From: Buchnera aphidicola (Therioaphis trifolii)
Lineage (GTDB): Bacteria > Pseudomonadota > Gammaproteobacteria > Enterobacterales > Enterobacteriaceae
DNA length: 32,000 bases
Direction of reading: 5' to 3'
Assembly: GCF_005080705.1 (NCBI RefSeq)
Contig: NZ_CP032996.1
Coordinates: forward strand, 270,001-302,000
This document shows, one piece after another, positions 20,301 through 29,694 of the stretch; positions within the stretch are counted from its first letter, which is position 1; each line of letters starts with the position of its first letter. The position numbers and the translations under genes are program-made. A model generated the notes under the pieces. It did no database searches. It saw nothing but the letters and a program-made list of their open reading frames with translations, and had not been told where the DNA came from.

Positions 20301-21455
20301 ATGAGTATAAAAATTATGGAATTAAAAACAATATTACAGAAATTACGTAATAAGATTAATAAAATTGATGAATTAATATTAGAATTATTATTTAAACGAC
20401 GAAAAATAGCAATAAAAATTGCAAAAAAAAAAATAATAAATAAATTTCCAATAAAAGACAAAAATAGAGAACAAGAATTATTAAAAAAATTAATTAACTT
20501 TGGAAAAAAATTAAAATTATCTAAAAAATATATTCAAGAAATATTTAATATTATTATTCATGATTCTATTGAAATACAAAAAAAAATAAAAATAGAAAAA
20601 AAAAATAATAATGATAATAATCAATTAGAAATAGCATGTATTGGACCAAAAGGATCATATTCATATATTGCAGCAATAAAATATATGAAAAAATATAAAA
20701 AAAATTATTTTATAAAAAAATATAATAATTTTGAAGATATTTTTAATTCTATAAAAAAAAATAAATTTAATTATGCAATTATTCCTATCGAAAATAATTA
20801 TTCTGGTTTTATTCCTGAAGTATATAAACTACTTATAAAAAAAAATATAAAAATTATTGGTGATTTTTATTTACCTATTCAACATTGTGTATTAACAAAA
20901 CCAAATATAATATTTAAAGATATAAAAAAAATTTATAGTCATAATCAAGCATTTAAACAATGTAGTAATTTTATTAAAAAATTTCATTATTTAAAAATAA
21001 AATATACAAATAGTACTTCTGAAGCGATGAAAATTATTTCTACATCAAATAAAAATAATATTGCTGCAATAGGCGATAAAAATAATTCAAAATTTTATAA
21101 ATTAAATGTTATTTTAGAAAATATATCAAATCAAATAAATAATAAAACACGTTTCTTAATTTTAAATAATTATGATATAAATAAAATAAATAGTCAAAAA
21201 AAAAATATAACATTAATTTTAAAAACAAAACAAATATTATTATTTTATATTATTCAAATACTTTATACTAATAAAATTGAAATAATTAAATTAAAATTAA
21301 ATTCATATCATAAAAACCAAATAAAAGAAATTATTTATTTAGAAATTGAAATAAAAAAAGAAAAAAAAATTAAAAAAATATTAAAAATTCTTGAAGAGAA
21401 AGATATTATAATAAAAAATTTAGGTTCTTATTCTAGATTAAATATATCTAAATAA
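20301..21455 (+). CDS. pheA: bifunctional chorismate mutase / prephenate dehydratase (P-protein)
   Basis: 384-aa ORF. It has an N-terminal chorismate mutase helix region. The dehydratase core is present: IACIGPKGSYSYIAA.., AIIPIENNYSG, HCVL, IYSHNQAFKQCS, TNSTSEAM, TRFLIL. The C-terminal regulatory region is strongly diverged (see findings). Confidence 0.93.
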   Translation: MSIKIMELKTILQKLRNKINKIDELILELLFKRRKIAIKIAKKKIINKFPIKDKNREQELLKKLINFGKKLKLSKKYIQEIFNIIIHDSIEIQKKIKIEKKNNNDNNQLEIACIGPKGSYSYIAAIKYMKKYKKNYFIKKYNNFEDIFNSIKKNKFNYAIIPIENNYSGFIPEVYKLLIKKNIKIIGDFYLPIQHCVLTKPNIIFKDIKKIYSHNQAFKQCSNFIKKFHYLKIKYTNSTSEAMKIISTSNKNNIAAIGDKNNSKFYKLNVILENISNQINNKTRFLILNNYDINKINSQKKNITLILKTKQILLFYIIQILYTNKIEIIKLKLNSYHKNQIKEIIYLEIEIKKEKKIKKILKILEEKDIIIKNLGSYSRLNISK

Positions 21456-21532
21456 AAATTAATTTTAATATTATAAAATTAAAAAAATTTACTTTTTTTA
21501 ATATATTAAAATAATACTTTGAGTAAATAGTT

Positions 21533-22876
21533 ATGTTTAATAATATTTCAAATAAATTTATATCAATAATTAAAGATATTTCTGGATATGGAAGAATTAC
21601 AGAAAAAAAATTAAAAAATTGTTTAAAAAAAATTAAAATAACATTATTAGAAGCAGATGTTGCATTGCCAGTAATTAAAGAAATTATTAATAAAATTAAA
21701 AAATCAATTATTGGAAAAGATATTAATTTACATCTTACTCCAGGGCAAGAATTTATAAAAATTCTTAAAGAAGAATTAATATTTATCATGAGTCATAAAG
21801 ATCATGATTTAAAAATATCTAAAAAAAAATTAAATATTTTTTTAATTATTGGCATACAGGGATCAGGTAAAACCACTACAATAGGAAAATTAGGACATTT
21901 TATATCTAAAAAATATAAAAAAAATATTTTAGTTTCTTCTACAGATATATATCGTCCAGCAGCAATAGAACAATTAGAATATATAGCAAAAAAAGCACAA
22001 ATAAATTTTTTTAAAGATAATAATATAAATGATCCTATTACGATTAGTAAAAATGCTATAAAATATGCAAAAAAAAAACTATATGATATATTAATATTAG
22101 ATACTGCAGGAAGATTACATACTAATAATGTGATGATGAATCAAATTAATAAAATACAAAAAATTATTCAACCAAATGAAACATTATTTGTTATTGATTC
22201 AATGATGGGTCAAGATGCAATTAATATTGCTAAACAATTTACACAATTTATAAATATTTCTGGATTAATATTAACTAAAGTGGATAGTGATACTAGAGGT
22301 GGTGCTGCATTATCTGCAAGTTATATTACTAAAAAACCTATTAAATTTATTGGAACTGGAGAAAAAATAGAATCTATTTCTATATTTGAACCAAAAAGAA
22401 TTGTTTCAAAGATTTTAGGTATGGGTGATATATTATCAATAATAGAAAAAATTAATCAAAAAATTGATAAAAAACAAAAAATAGAATTAATTAAAAAAAA
22501 TAATAAATTTAATTTAAATGATTTTAAATTACAAATACAAAAAATAAAAAAATTTGGAGGAATAAATAATTTTATTTCTAAAATACCATTAAATTATTTA
22601 AATTTACAAAAATATCAAAATAAAACAAATGATAAAAAATTAAATATAATGATTGCTATCATTGATTCTATGACACCATTAGAAAGAATGAATCCAAAGA
22701 TTATTAAAAGATCAAGAAAAAAACGAATTTCAAAAGGATCAGGAACAACTATACAAAATATTAATATATTATTAAAACAATTTTATGAATTAAAAAAAAT
22801 GATGAATAAAATAAAAAATAAAGGAATAAAAAATATATTTCAAAATATTAAAAATATTTTTCCAAATATATTTTAA
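21533..22876 (+). CDS. ffh: signal recognition particle protein Ffh
   Basis: 447-aa ORF. MFNNISNKF... starts the N domain. G-domain motifs GIQGSGKTTT, DTAGRLH and TKVDSDTRGGAALS are present. The M domain has ..MTPLER.NP.II..SRKKRISKGSG... Confidence 0.96.
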   Translation: MFNNISNKFISIIKDISGYGRITEKKLKNCLKKIKITLLEADVALPVIKEIINKIKKSIIGKDINLHLTPGQEFIKILKEELIFIMSHKDHDLKISKKKLNIFLIIGIQGSGKTTTIGKLGHFISKKYKKNILVSSTDIYRPAAIEQLEYIAKKAQINFFKDNNINDPITISKNAIKYAKKKLYDILILDTAGRLHTNNVMMNQINKIQKIIQPNETLFVIDSMMGQDAINIAKQFTQFINISGLILTKVDSDTRGGAALSASYITKKPIKFIGTGEKIESISIFEPKRIVSKILGMGDILSIIEKINQKIDKKQKIELIKKNNKFNLNDFKLQIQKIKKFGGINNFISKIPLNYLNLQKYQNKTNDKKLNIMIAIIDSMTPLERMNPKIIKRSRKKRISKGSGTTIQNINILLKQFYELKKMMNKIKNKGIKNIFQNIKNIFPNIF

Positions 22877-22935
22877 TATTTATTTATATAATTTATAATA
22901 ATAAAAAATGTATTTTATAATATTAAAGAGGAATT

Positions 22936-23187
22936 ATGGTAAAGATTAGATTATCATTAAAGGGATCAAAAAAAAATCCATTTTATAAAATTATTGTAGC
23001 AGATAGTAGATCTCCTAGAGATGGAAAATTTATAGAACAAATTGGTTTTTTTAATCCAAAAATTAATCATTCAAATCAAAAAATGTATTTAAATATTGAA
23101 AGAATGAATTATTGGATTAATAATGGTGCTTTATTAACAAAAAAAACAAAACATTTAATAAAAAGAATAATAAAACAAAATATATAA
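22936..23187 (+). CDS. rpsP: 30S ribosomal protein S16
   Basis: 83-aa ORF. MVKIRLSLKGSKKNPFYKIIVADSRSPRDGKFIEQIGFFNP is the S16 signature. An AGAGGA Shine-Dalgarno lies upstream. Confidence 0.97.
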   Translation: MVKIRLSLKGSKKNPFYKIIVADSRSPRDGKFIEQIGFFNPKINHSNQKMYLNIERMNYWINNGALLTKKTKHLIKRIIKQNI

Positions 23188-23221
23188 ATTTATTTATTAT
23201 TCATAATATATTTATTAAAAT

Positions 23222-23719
23222 ATGAAAAATTTATTAATTATAGGTAAAATTGGTGCTGCATATGGAATTTTAGGTTGGAATAAAATTTTTTCTTATACTG
23301 AAAAAAAAAAAAATATTTTTGAATATACACCATGGTTAATACATTACAATAAAAAATGGAAAAAATTTTTCATTGAAAATAAAAAAATAAATAAAAAGAT
23401 TATTATTGTAAAATTTATAAATATCAACAATAGAAATAATGCACAATTATTAACCAATCATGTTATTTTTATTAAAAAAAAACAACTACCAAAATTAAAA
23501 AAATTTGAATATTATTGGTATAATTTAATTAATTGTAAAGTATTTAATACTAAAAAACAATATTTAGGAAAAGTAAATAAAATTATCAGAACAAAAGCAA
23601 ATGATATTTTAGTCATTAAAATACAAAAAACAAATAAAGAATATTTAATTCCATTTATTATAAATATTTTTATTAATAAAGTTGATTTAAAAATGAAATT
23701 TATATATTTAAATATATAA
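23222..23719 (+). CDS. rimM: 16S rRNA processing protein RimM
   Basis: 165-aa ORF. ..IGKIGAAYGILGWNKIFSYTE....IFEYTPW.. and ..LPKLKKFEYYWYNLINC.V... resemble E. coli RimM. It lies between rpsP and trmD. Confidence 0.9.
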   Translation: MKNLLIIGKIGAAYGILGWNKIFSYTEKKKNIFEYTPWLIHYNKKWKKFFIENKKINKKIIIVKFININNRNNAQLLTNHVIFIKKKQLPKLKKFEYYWYNLINCKVFNTKKQYLGKVNKIIRTKANDILVIKIQKTNKEYLIPFIINIFINKVDLKMKFIYLNI

Positions 23720-23759
23720 ATTTCAAAAATAAAATATTATAAATATATAAAGGTTAAAA

Positions 23760-24491
23760 ATGTGGATTGGAATTATTAGTATATTTCCTAAAATATTTCA
23801 TTCTGTAATAAATTATGGAATAATTAAAAAAGCTATTAAAAAAAAAATTATTTCTATCAATATATGGAATTTAAGACATTTTTCAAATAATATATATGGA
23901 AAAATAGATGATCATCCTTATGGAGGAGGACCAGGTATGGTTATGACTCCAAAACCATTACAATATGCAATAAAAACAATAAAAATTTTTTCTCCAAAAA
24001 ATACTATTGTAATATATTTATCACCTCAGGGAAAAAAAATAAATCAAAATATTATTAATAAAATATCTAAAAAAAAAAGCATAATATTAATATGCGGAAG
24101 ATATGAAGGAATAGATGAACGAATTATAAATAATTATGTAGATGAAGAATGGTCAATTGGTGATTATATTGTATCAGGAGGAGAATTACCTGCTATGATT
24201 ATTATTGATAGTATTTCTAGATTATTACCAGGAATATTAAAAAAATATTCTATACAAAAAGAATCATTTTATTCTGGATTATTAGATTATCCGCATTATA
24301 CAAGACCAAAAGATTTAAATGGAAATCATGTACCTAAAATATTATTATCTGGAAATCATAAATATATTCAAAAATGGAAACTAAAACAAGCATTAAAAAA
24401 TACTTTTTTAAAAAGACCAGATTTATTTAAAAAAATAAATTTATCTAAAGAACAAGAAAATATTTTAAAAAAAATTAAAAAAAATAATTAA
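23760..24491 (+). CDS. trmD: tRNA (guanine37-N1)-methyltransferase
   Basis: 243-aa [16 protein letters not shown].., [47 protein letters not shown] and HYTRP closely match E. coli TrmD. Confidence 0.97.
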   Translation: MWIGIISIFPKIFHSVINYGIIKKAIKKKIISINIWNLRHFSNNIYGKIDDHPYGGGPGMVMTPKPLQYAIKTIKIFSPKNTIVIYLSPQGKKINQNIINKISKKKSIILICGRYEGIDERIINNYVDEEWSIGDYIVSGGELPAMIIIDSISRLLPGILKKYSIQKESFYSGLLDYPHYTRPKDLNGNHVPKILLSGNHKYIQKWKLKQALKNTFLKRPDLFKKINLSKEQENILKKIKKNN

Positions 24492-24522
24492 TTTATATTT
24501 ATTCATTAAGGAAATATATTTA

Positions 24523-24870
24523 ATGAAATCAAACATTATTAAAGAAATTGAAAAAAAACAAATGAAAAAAAATATACCAAATTTTCGAAGTGGAGACACA
24601 TTAGAAGTAAAAGTATGGGTAATCGAATCATCTAAAAAACGCTTACAATCTTTTGAAGGAATTGTTATTGCAATCAAAAATAGACAATTACAATCTTCAT
24701 TTACTATACGAAAAATATCTCATGGAGAAGGAATAGAGCGTGTTTTTCAAACACATTCTCATGTTATTGAAAATATTATTATTAAAAAAAAAGGATTAGT
24801 TAGAAAATCTAAATTATATTATTTAAGAAAAAAAGTTGGTAAATCTGCTAAAATAAAATCAAAAATATAA
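24523..24870 (+). CDS. rplS: 50S ribosomal protein L19
   Basis: 115-aa ORF. ..[57 protein letters not shown] is L19-like. It is the last gene of the rpsP-rimM-trmD-rplS operon. Confidence 0.96.
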   Translation: MKSNIIKEIEKKQMKKNIPNFRSGDTLEVKVWVIESSKKRLQSFEGIVIAIKNRQLQSSFTIRKISHGEGIERVFQTHSHVIENIIIKKKGLVRKSKLYYLRKKVGKSAKIKSKI

Positions 24871-24894
24871 TAAATAATTTTATTTTCATAAACA

Positions 24895-24918
24895 TGCAGT
24901 CATAATTTATTGACTGCA
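24895..24918 (+). terminator. hairpin downstream of rplS (end of the rpsP operon)
   Basis: TGCAGTCA-TAATTTAT-TGACTGCA: an 8-bp perfect stem with four G-C pairs. It lies 25 nt after the rplS stop. No T-run follows on the plus strand. Confidence 0.45.
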
Positions 24919-24998
24919 AAAATATTATATAAAAATTTTAATATATTAATTAAAAAATTAAAAATAATAATATTAAAAATATTTAATATTAAAAAATC

Positions 24999-25027
24999 TT
25001 TACAAAATATTTCATATTATTTATGAT
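24999..25027 (+). promoter_or_regulatory. candidate sigma-70 promoter for aroQ
   Basis: TTTACA (24999..25004), a 17-nt spacer, then TATGAT (25022..25027). It lies 35 nt upstream of the aroQ ATG and downstream of the rplS hairpin. Confidence 0.3.
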
Positions 25028-25062
25028 AAAAAATAATATAAATTTATATTATAAAAAATATA

Positions 25063-25518
25063 ATGATAAATTATAAAATTTTATTATTAAATGGTCCTAA
25101 TTTAAATTTATTAGGAAATCGAGAATCTAATATATATGGTAATATTACTTTAGAAAAAGTACTTAATAAATTAAATAAAAAAGCTATTAAATTAAAAACA
25201 AAAATTAAACATATTCAATCTAATGCAGAATATATTTTAATTAATGAAATACATCAATCAAAAAAATATGATTATATTATAATTAATCCAGGTGCTTTTA
25301 CACATACTAGTATTGCTTTAAGAGATGCGTTACTTGCTATAAAAACACCATTTATTGAAGTGCATATTTCAAATATTTTTGCTAGAGAAAAATTTAGATC
25401 ACATTCTTGGTTATCAGATATTTCTAATGGAATTATTTCTGGATTAGGAATAGAAGGATATTATTGTGCTTTATATACTATTATAAAAAGATTAAATAAT
25501 AAAAAAAAAAAATTATAA
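25063..25518 (+). CDS. aroQ: 3-dehydroquinate dehydratase, type II
   Basis: 151-aa ORF. ..ILLLNGPNLNLLGNRE..IYG..TL... and INPGAFTHTSIALRDAL......PFIEVHISNI.AREKFR.HS are the type II DHQase signatures. Confidence 0.93.
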   Translation: MINYKILLLNGPNLNLLGNRESNIYGNITLEKVLNKLNKKAIKLKTKIKHIQSNAEYILINEIHQSKKYDYIIINPGAFTHTSIALRDALLAIKTPFIEVHISNIFAREKFRSHSWLSDISNGIISGLGIEGYYCALYTIIKRLNNKKKKL

Positions 25519-25565
25519 AATATTAATTTTATTAATAATATATATGTTAAATTTAAAAAATATTA

Positions 25566-26345
25566 TTAAAGATATTTTATAATATTTACCATATCATCAG
25601 GTAATGTTGAATAACAATCTACTAAAATATTTGTTATTGGATGAAAAAATTTAATATGACTTGCATGTAATGCTTGTCGATTAAATGAAGTAATTTTTTT
25701 AATATTTTTTTTTAAAATATTTTTAGGAATATTATTTCCTAATTTATATAATGGATCACCTAAAATAGGATGTTTTAAATATAACATATGTACTCGAATT
25801 TGATGCGTACGACCAGTTTCTAATTTTAAATGTATATGAGTATAAAATTGAAATTTTTGTATTATTTTATAATGAGTAATTGCTTTTTTTCCAAATTTAT
25901 GTGTTATCATAGAAATTCTTTTTTTTATATTTCTCATAATTGGAATTGAAACTGTCCCTCCAGATATTAATTTCCCCAATACAAATGCATCATATTCACG
26001 AATAATTTTTCTATTTTTCATTAAATCAATTAATTTATAATAAGTAACATTATCCTTAGCAATAATCATTAAACCAGTAGTATTTTTATCTAAACGATGT
26101 ATAATTCCTGATCGTGGTACATTTTTTAAATAATATCTTTCATGCAATAAAATATCTAATAAAGTACCATTTTCATTACCACATCCAGGATGTACAACTA
26201 AACCAGCAGGTTTATTAATTATAAATATATATTGATCTTCATATAAAATATTTAAAAAAAAATTATCTTTTATAGAAAATATTTTTTGATTTAAAATCAT
26301 AATATTTTTCCCAAAATATATTTTAATAATATAAATTTTATTCAA
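25566..26345 (-). CDS. rluD: 23S rRNA pseudouridine synthase, RluD-like, without the N-terminal S4 domain
   Basis: 259-aa ORF from a TTG start. The first ATG is at 26300 and would give 244 aa. ILYEDQYIFIINKPAGLVVHPG..NGTLLD.LL, HRLDKNTTGLMIIAKD, REYDAFV.G, ETGRTHQIRVHM and RQALHA align with the E. coli RluD catalytic domain. Confidence 0.88.
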   Translation of the reverse strand: MNKIYIIKIYFGKNIMILNQKIFSIKDNFFLNILYEDQYIFIINKPAGLVVHPGCGNENGTLLDILLHERYYLKNVPRSGIIHRLDKNTTGLMIIAKDNVTYYKLIDLMKNRKIIREYDAFVLGKLISGGTVSIPIMRNIKKRISMITHKFGKKAITHYKIIQKFQFYTHIHLKLETGRTHQIRVHMLYLKHPILGDPLYKLGNNIPKNILKKNIKKITSFNRQALHASHIKFFHPITNILVDCYSTLPDDMVNIIKYL

Positions 26346-26429
26346 AAATATTAAATAAAAAATATTTTTAAAATATAGTAAAAAATATACTTATAAAAAA
26401 TAAAAAATTTATTATTAAATGAGAAATAA

Positions 26430-29042
26430 ATGAAATATACAACAAATACAATTCGAAAAATGTTTTTAATGTTTTTTAAAGAAAATAATCATAAAATAAT
26501 TCCTAGTAGTTCATTAATTCCTAAAAAAAAATCTAATTTATTATTTACTAATGCAGGAATGAATCAATTTCAAGATGTTTTTTTAGGAAAAAAAAAATAC
26601 CCTTTTTCACAAGTAGTAACAATACAAAAATGTTTACGAACAGGTGGAAAACACAATGATCTTGATGAAGTTGGATATAGTGAATATCATAATACTTTTT
26701 TCGAAATGTTAGGAAATTTTAGTTTTGGAACATATTTTAAAAAAGAAGCAATTTTATATGCTTGGAATTTATTAACAGATAAATCATGGTTTAATATACC
26801 AAAAAAAAAATTATTTGTTACTGTATATTATAAAGATAAAGAAACATATAATATATGGAATAAAATTATCAAATTATCAAAAAAAAATATTATTAAAATA
26901 TATAATAAAAAAAATAAAAAATATGAATCTGATAATTTTTGGCAAATGGGAGATACAGGTCCATGTGGACCATGTACAGAAATTTTTTTTAAAAAAAAAA
27001 ATAATAATAATCAAGAATATAATTTAGAAGATAAAAGTCAATGCATAGAAATATGGAATATTGTATTCATTCAATTTAATAGAATTAATAAAAATGAAAT
27101 TATTCCATTAAAAATTACATGTGTAGATACAGGAATGGGGTTAGAAAGAATTGCATCTGTTTTACAAAATGTTAATTCAAATTATCAAATAGATACATTT
27201 AAAAAAATTATTACTTATATTTCCAAAATAAATAATTTAAATATTTCAAATCATCAATCTTTAAATGTAATTGCTGATCATATTAGAGCTGCTATTTTTA
27301 TTATTAATGAAAATATAATACCATCAAATGAACATCGGGGATATATTTTAAGAAGAATTATTAGAAGAGCATTATGTCATGGAAATAAAATAGGTATTAA
27401 AAATATTTTTTTTTATAAATTAACTAAAATTATTATTTCATTATTTAATAATAATGAAAAAGATTTAGAAAATAAAAAAAAATATATTATTAATATATTA
27501 AAAGAAGAAGAATTACAATTTCATGAAACTTTAAATAAAGGTATTAAATTTTTAAATCAAGAAATAAAAAAATTAAAAAAACCAGAAATCAATAGTAAAA
27601 TAGTATTTTATCTTTATGATACACTAGGTTTTCCAATTGATTTAACTAAAGATATATGTCGAGAACAAAAAATTTATATTAATCAAGAAAAACTTAATAA
27701 TATTATATTACAACATAAAAAAAACACAAAAAATAAAATTAAAAAATTTATTCAAAATACAATTCATACTGATATTAAAACTATATTTTGTGGATACAAA
27801 AAAAATAAAATTACTGCAACTATAAAAAAAATTTTTATTAATGGTAAAGAAAAAAAAAAAATTTTAAAACATGAAACAGGAATTATTATTCTTGATATTA
27901 CACCATTTTTTGGTGAATCAGGTGGACAAATAGGTGATAGTGGAATTATTTATAAAGAAAATGTTATCTTTCAAGTTAAAGATACTCAAAATTTTATTAA
28001 TGCAATAGGACATATTGGAACATTATGTTCAGGTAAAATGCATATTAATGATATAATTGTTGCAGAAATTAATAAAAAAAAAAGATTATTAATTCAAAAT
28101 AATCATACTGCAACACATTTATTACAAACAACACTTAAAAAAATATTAAAATATTCTATTGAACAAAAAGGATCATTTATTAATGATCAATATTTGAGAT
28201 TTGATTTTACTTATCCTAATAAAATTAATATAGATGAAATATTTAAAATAGAAAAAAAAATTAATCAATATATTCAAAAAAATATTATTATTTATAATAA
28301 AAAAATTAATTTTGAACAAGCAAAATCTAATAATTATATTTTTTTAAAAAATAAAATATATCAAAAAATAGTACGAACTGTATCTATTGGAAATATCTCA
28401 AAGGAAATTTGTAAAGGTACACATACTCACAGTACAGGAAATATAGGAATATTTAAAATTATTTTAAATAAAAGTATTTCTTCTGGAATACGTCGTATTG
28501 AAGCAATAACTAATATTATTGCATTAAAAAAAATACAAAATCACGAAAAGAAAATAAATGAAATAAAAATAATTTTAAAATCTGATAATACTTCAATAAT
28601 TTCTAAAATAAAAACATTAATTAATGAAAATAATGACATAAAAAAAGAAAATTATTATTTAAATCGAGAAATTATTACATATCAAATACAAACAATAAGA
28701 AAAAAAATAATAAAAATAAAAAATATTAATTTTCTATCATATGAAATAAAAGAAAAAAATATACAATTATTAAAAATACTTATAGATCAATTAAAAATAT
28801 ACATACATTATGGAATTATAATTTTATTTTATAAAAAAAATAAAAAATATATTTTTATTGTAAGTATTACAAAAAATTTAATTAAAAATATCCAAGCTAA
28901 TAAAATTATTGAAATTATCAAAAATAATACACAAGGTACAGGAGGAGGAAAATCAGAATTAGCACAATGTATTGGAAAAAATATTAAAAATATTTCAAAA
29001 ATAATACAAAATATTAAAAAATGGATTAATTTAAAATTATAA
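26430..29042 (+). CDS. alaS: alanine--tRNA ligase
   Basis: 870-aa ORF. The N-terminus ..IRKMFL.FFKENNHKIIPSSSLIP..KSNLLFTNAGMNQF.. and FEMLGNFSFG..FK are AlaRS-like. The editing-domain HTATHLL and C..TH motifs and a C-terminal GGG motif are present. Confidence 0.97.
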   Translation: MKYTTNTIRKMFLMFFKENNHKIIPSSSLIPKKKSNLLFTNAGMNQFQDVFLGKKKYPFSQVVTIQKCLRTGGKHNDLDEVGYSEYHNTFFEMLGNFSFGTYFKKEAILYAWNLLTDKSWFNIPKKKLFVTVYYKDKETYNIWNKIIKLSKKNIIKIYNKKNKKYESDNFWQMGDTGPCGPCTEIFFKKKNNNNQEYNLEDKSQCIEIWNIVFIQFNRINKNEIIPLKITCVDTGMGLERIASVLQNVNSNYQIDTFKKIITYISKINNLNISNHQSLNVIADHIRAAIFIINENIIPSNEHRGYILRRIIRRALCHGNKIGIKNIFFYKLTKIIISLFNNNEKDLENKKKYIINILKEEELQFHETLNKGIKFLNQEIKKLKKPEINSKIVFYLYDTLGFPIDLTKDICREQKIYINQEKLNNIILQHKKNTKNKIKKFIQNTIHTDIKTIFCGYKKNKITATIKKIFINGKEKKKILKHETGIIILDITPFFGESGGQIGDSGIIYKENVIFQVKDTQNFINAIGHIGTLCSGKMHINDIIVAEINKKKRLLIQNNHTATHLLQTTLKKILKYSIEQKGSFINDQYLRFDFTYPNKINIDEIFKIEKKINQYIQKNIIIYNKKINFEQAKSNNYIFLKNKIYQKIVRTVSIGNISKEICKGTHTHSTGNIGIFKIILNKSISSGIRRIEAITNIIALKKIQNHEKKINEIKIILKSDNTSIISKIKTLINENNDIKKENYYLNREIITYQIQTIRKKIIKIKNINFLSYEIKEKNIQLLKILIDQLKIYIHYGIIILFYKKNKKYIFIVSITKNLIKNIQANKIIEIIKNNTQGTGGGKSELAQCIGKNIKNISKIIQNIKKWINLKL

Positions 29043-29150
29043 ATTTTAATATTTTATAAAAAAATTAAGATATTTATATTAAAAAATAAGTTATGGAATT
29101 AATGTTAATAATCTACAGTATTAAAAATTACATTTTCAGGAATTAGAAAA

Positions 29151-29351
29151 ATGCTTATTTTAACTCGTAGAGTTGGAGAAACACTTATTATTGGTGATGA
29201 AATTACTATAACAGTATTAGGAGTAAAAGGAAATCAAGTTAGAATAGGCATTAATGCACCAAAAAAAATTTCAATACATCGTGAGGAAATTTATCAAAAA
29301 ATACAATCAAAAAATATTAATCATAATTATAAATTATTAAAGTTATATTAA
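29151..29351 (+). CDS. csrA: carbon storage regulator / translational repressor CsrA
   Basis: 66-aa [55 protein letters not shown] is almost identical to E. coli CsrA. It lies between alaS and tRNA-Ser as in E. coli. Confidence 0.96.
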   Translation: MLILTRRVGETLIIGDEITITVLGVKGNQVRIGINAPKKISIHREEIYQKIQSKNINHNYKLLKLY

Positions 29352-29397
29352 AATATTTAATTTAATTATTTTATAAAAAATATATTAAAAAATACAT

Positions 29398-29426
29398 TTG
29401 ACTAAATATTAAAAAAAACGTAATAT
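29398..29426 (+). promoter_or_regulatory. candidate sigma-70 promoter for tRNA-Ser/tRNA-Arg
   Basis: TTGACT (29398..29403), a 17-nt spacer, then TAATAT (29421..29426). It lies 27 nt upstream of tRNA-Ser. TTGAC-type -35 hexamers are rare in the spacers here, but -10-like strings are everywhere in this composition. Confidence 0.4.
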
Positions 29427-29453
29427 AAATTATATTTATATTAAAAATAATCT

Positions 29454-29541
29454 GGTGAGATGGCCGAGTGGTTGAAGGCGTTCCCCTGCTAAGGGAATAT
29501 ACAGTTTTTCTGTATCGAGGGTTCGAATCCCTCTTTCACCG
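29454..29541 (+). tRNA. serV: tRNA-Ser (anticodon GCU), no encoded CCA
   Basis: Hand-folded. Acceptor GGTGAGA/TTTCACC (one G-T pair) plus discriminator G. Anticodon stem TTCCC/GGGAA with loop CTGCTAA (GCT). Long variable arm ATACAG..CTGTAT. T-arm GAGGG-TTCGAAT-CCCTC. Confidence 0.92.
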
Positions 29542-29555
29542 AATTCAAAAATTTC

Positions 29556-29629
29556 GCATCCGTAGCTCAGTTGGATAGAGCACTCAGCTACGAACTGAGA
29601 GGTCAGAGGTTCGAATCCTTTCGGATGCA
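29556..29629 (+). tRNA. argV: tRNA-Arg (anticodon ACG), no encoded CCA
   Basis: Hand-folded. Acceptor GCATCCG/CGGATGC plus discriminator A. D-arm GCTC-AGTTGGATA-GAGC. Anticodon stem CTCAG/CTGAG with loop CTACGAA (ACG). T-arm AGAGG-TTCGAAT-CCTTT. It starts 14 nt after tRNA-Ser, matching E. coli serV-argV order. Confidence 0.92.
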
Positions 29630-29694
29630 ATAATATTTTTAAATAGACATATTTTTATTTTTTTTAAATTAAAATAATTAATAAAAATAATTTA

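Noticed and set aside
21448-21789. 113-aa ORF on the minus strand spanning the pheA stop, the spacer and the ffh start
   Set aside because: It is antisense to two well-supported genes. Its Ile/Phe/Leu-rich composition is typical of spurious antisense frames, and I see no recognisable motif.
24465-24677. 70-aa ORF on the minus strand
   Set aside because: It overlaps the trmD 3' end and the rplS 5' half in antisense. It is spurious for the same reasons as the other antisense ORFs.
26815-27027. 70-aa ORF on the plus strand in another frame of alaS
   Set aside because: It is an out-of-frame Lys/Ile-rich reading within alaS, and the AlaRS frame is continuous and conserved there.
29436-29630. 64-aa ORF on the minus strand
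   Set aside because: It is the reverse complement of tRNA-Ser and tRNA-Arg. The G+C-richer tRNA sequence simply lacks stop codons.
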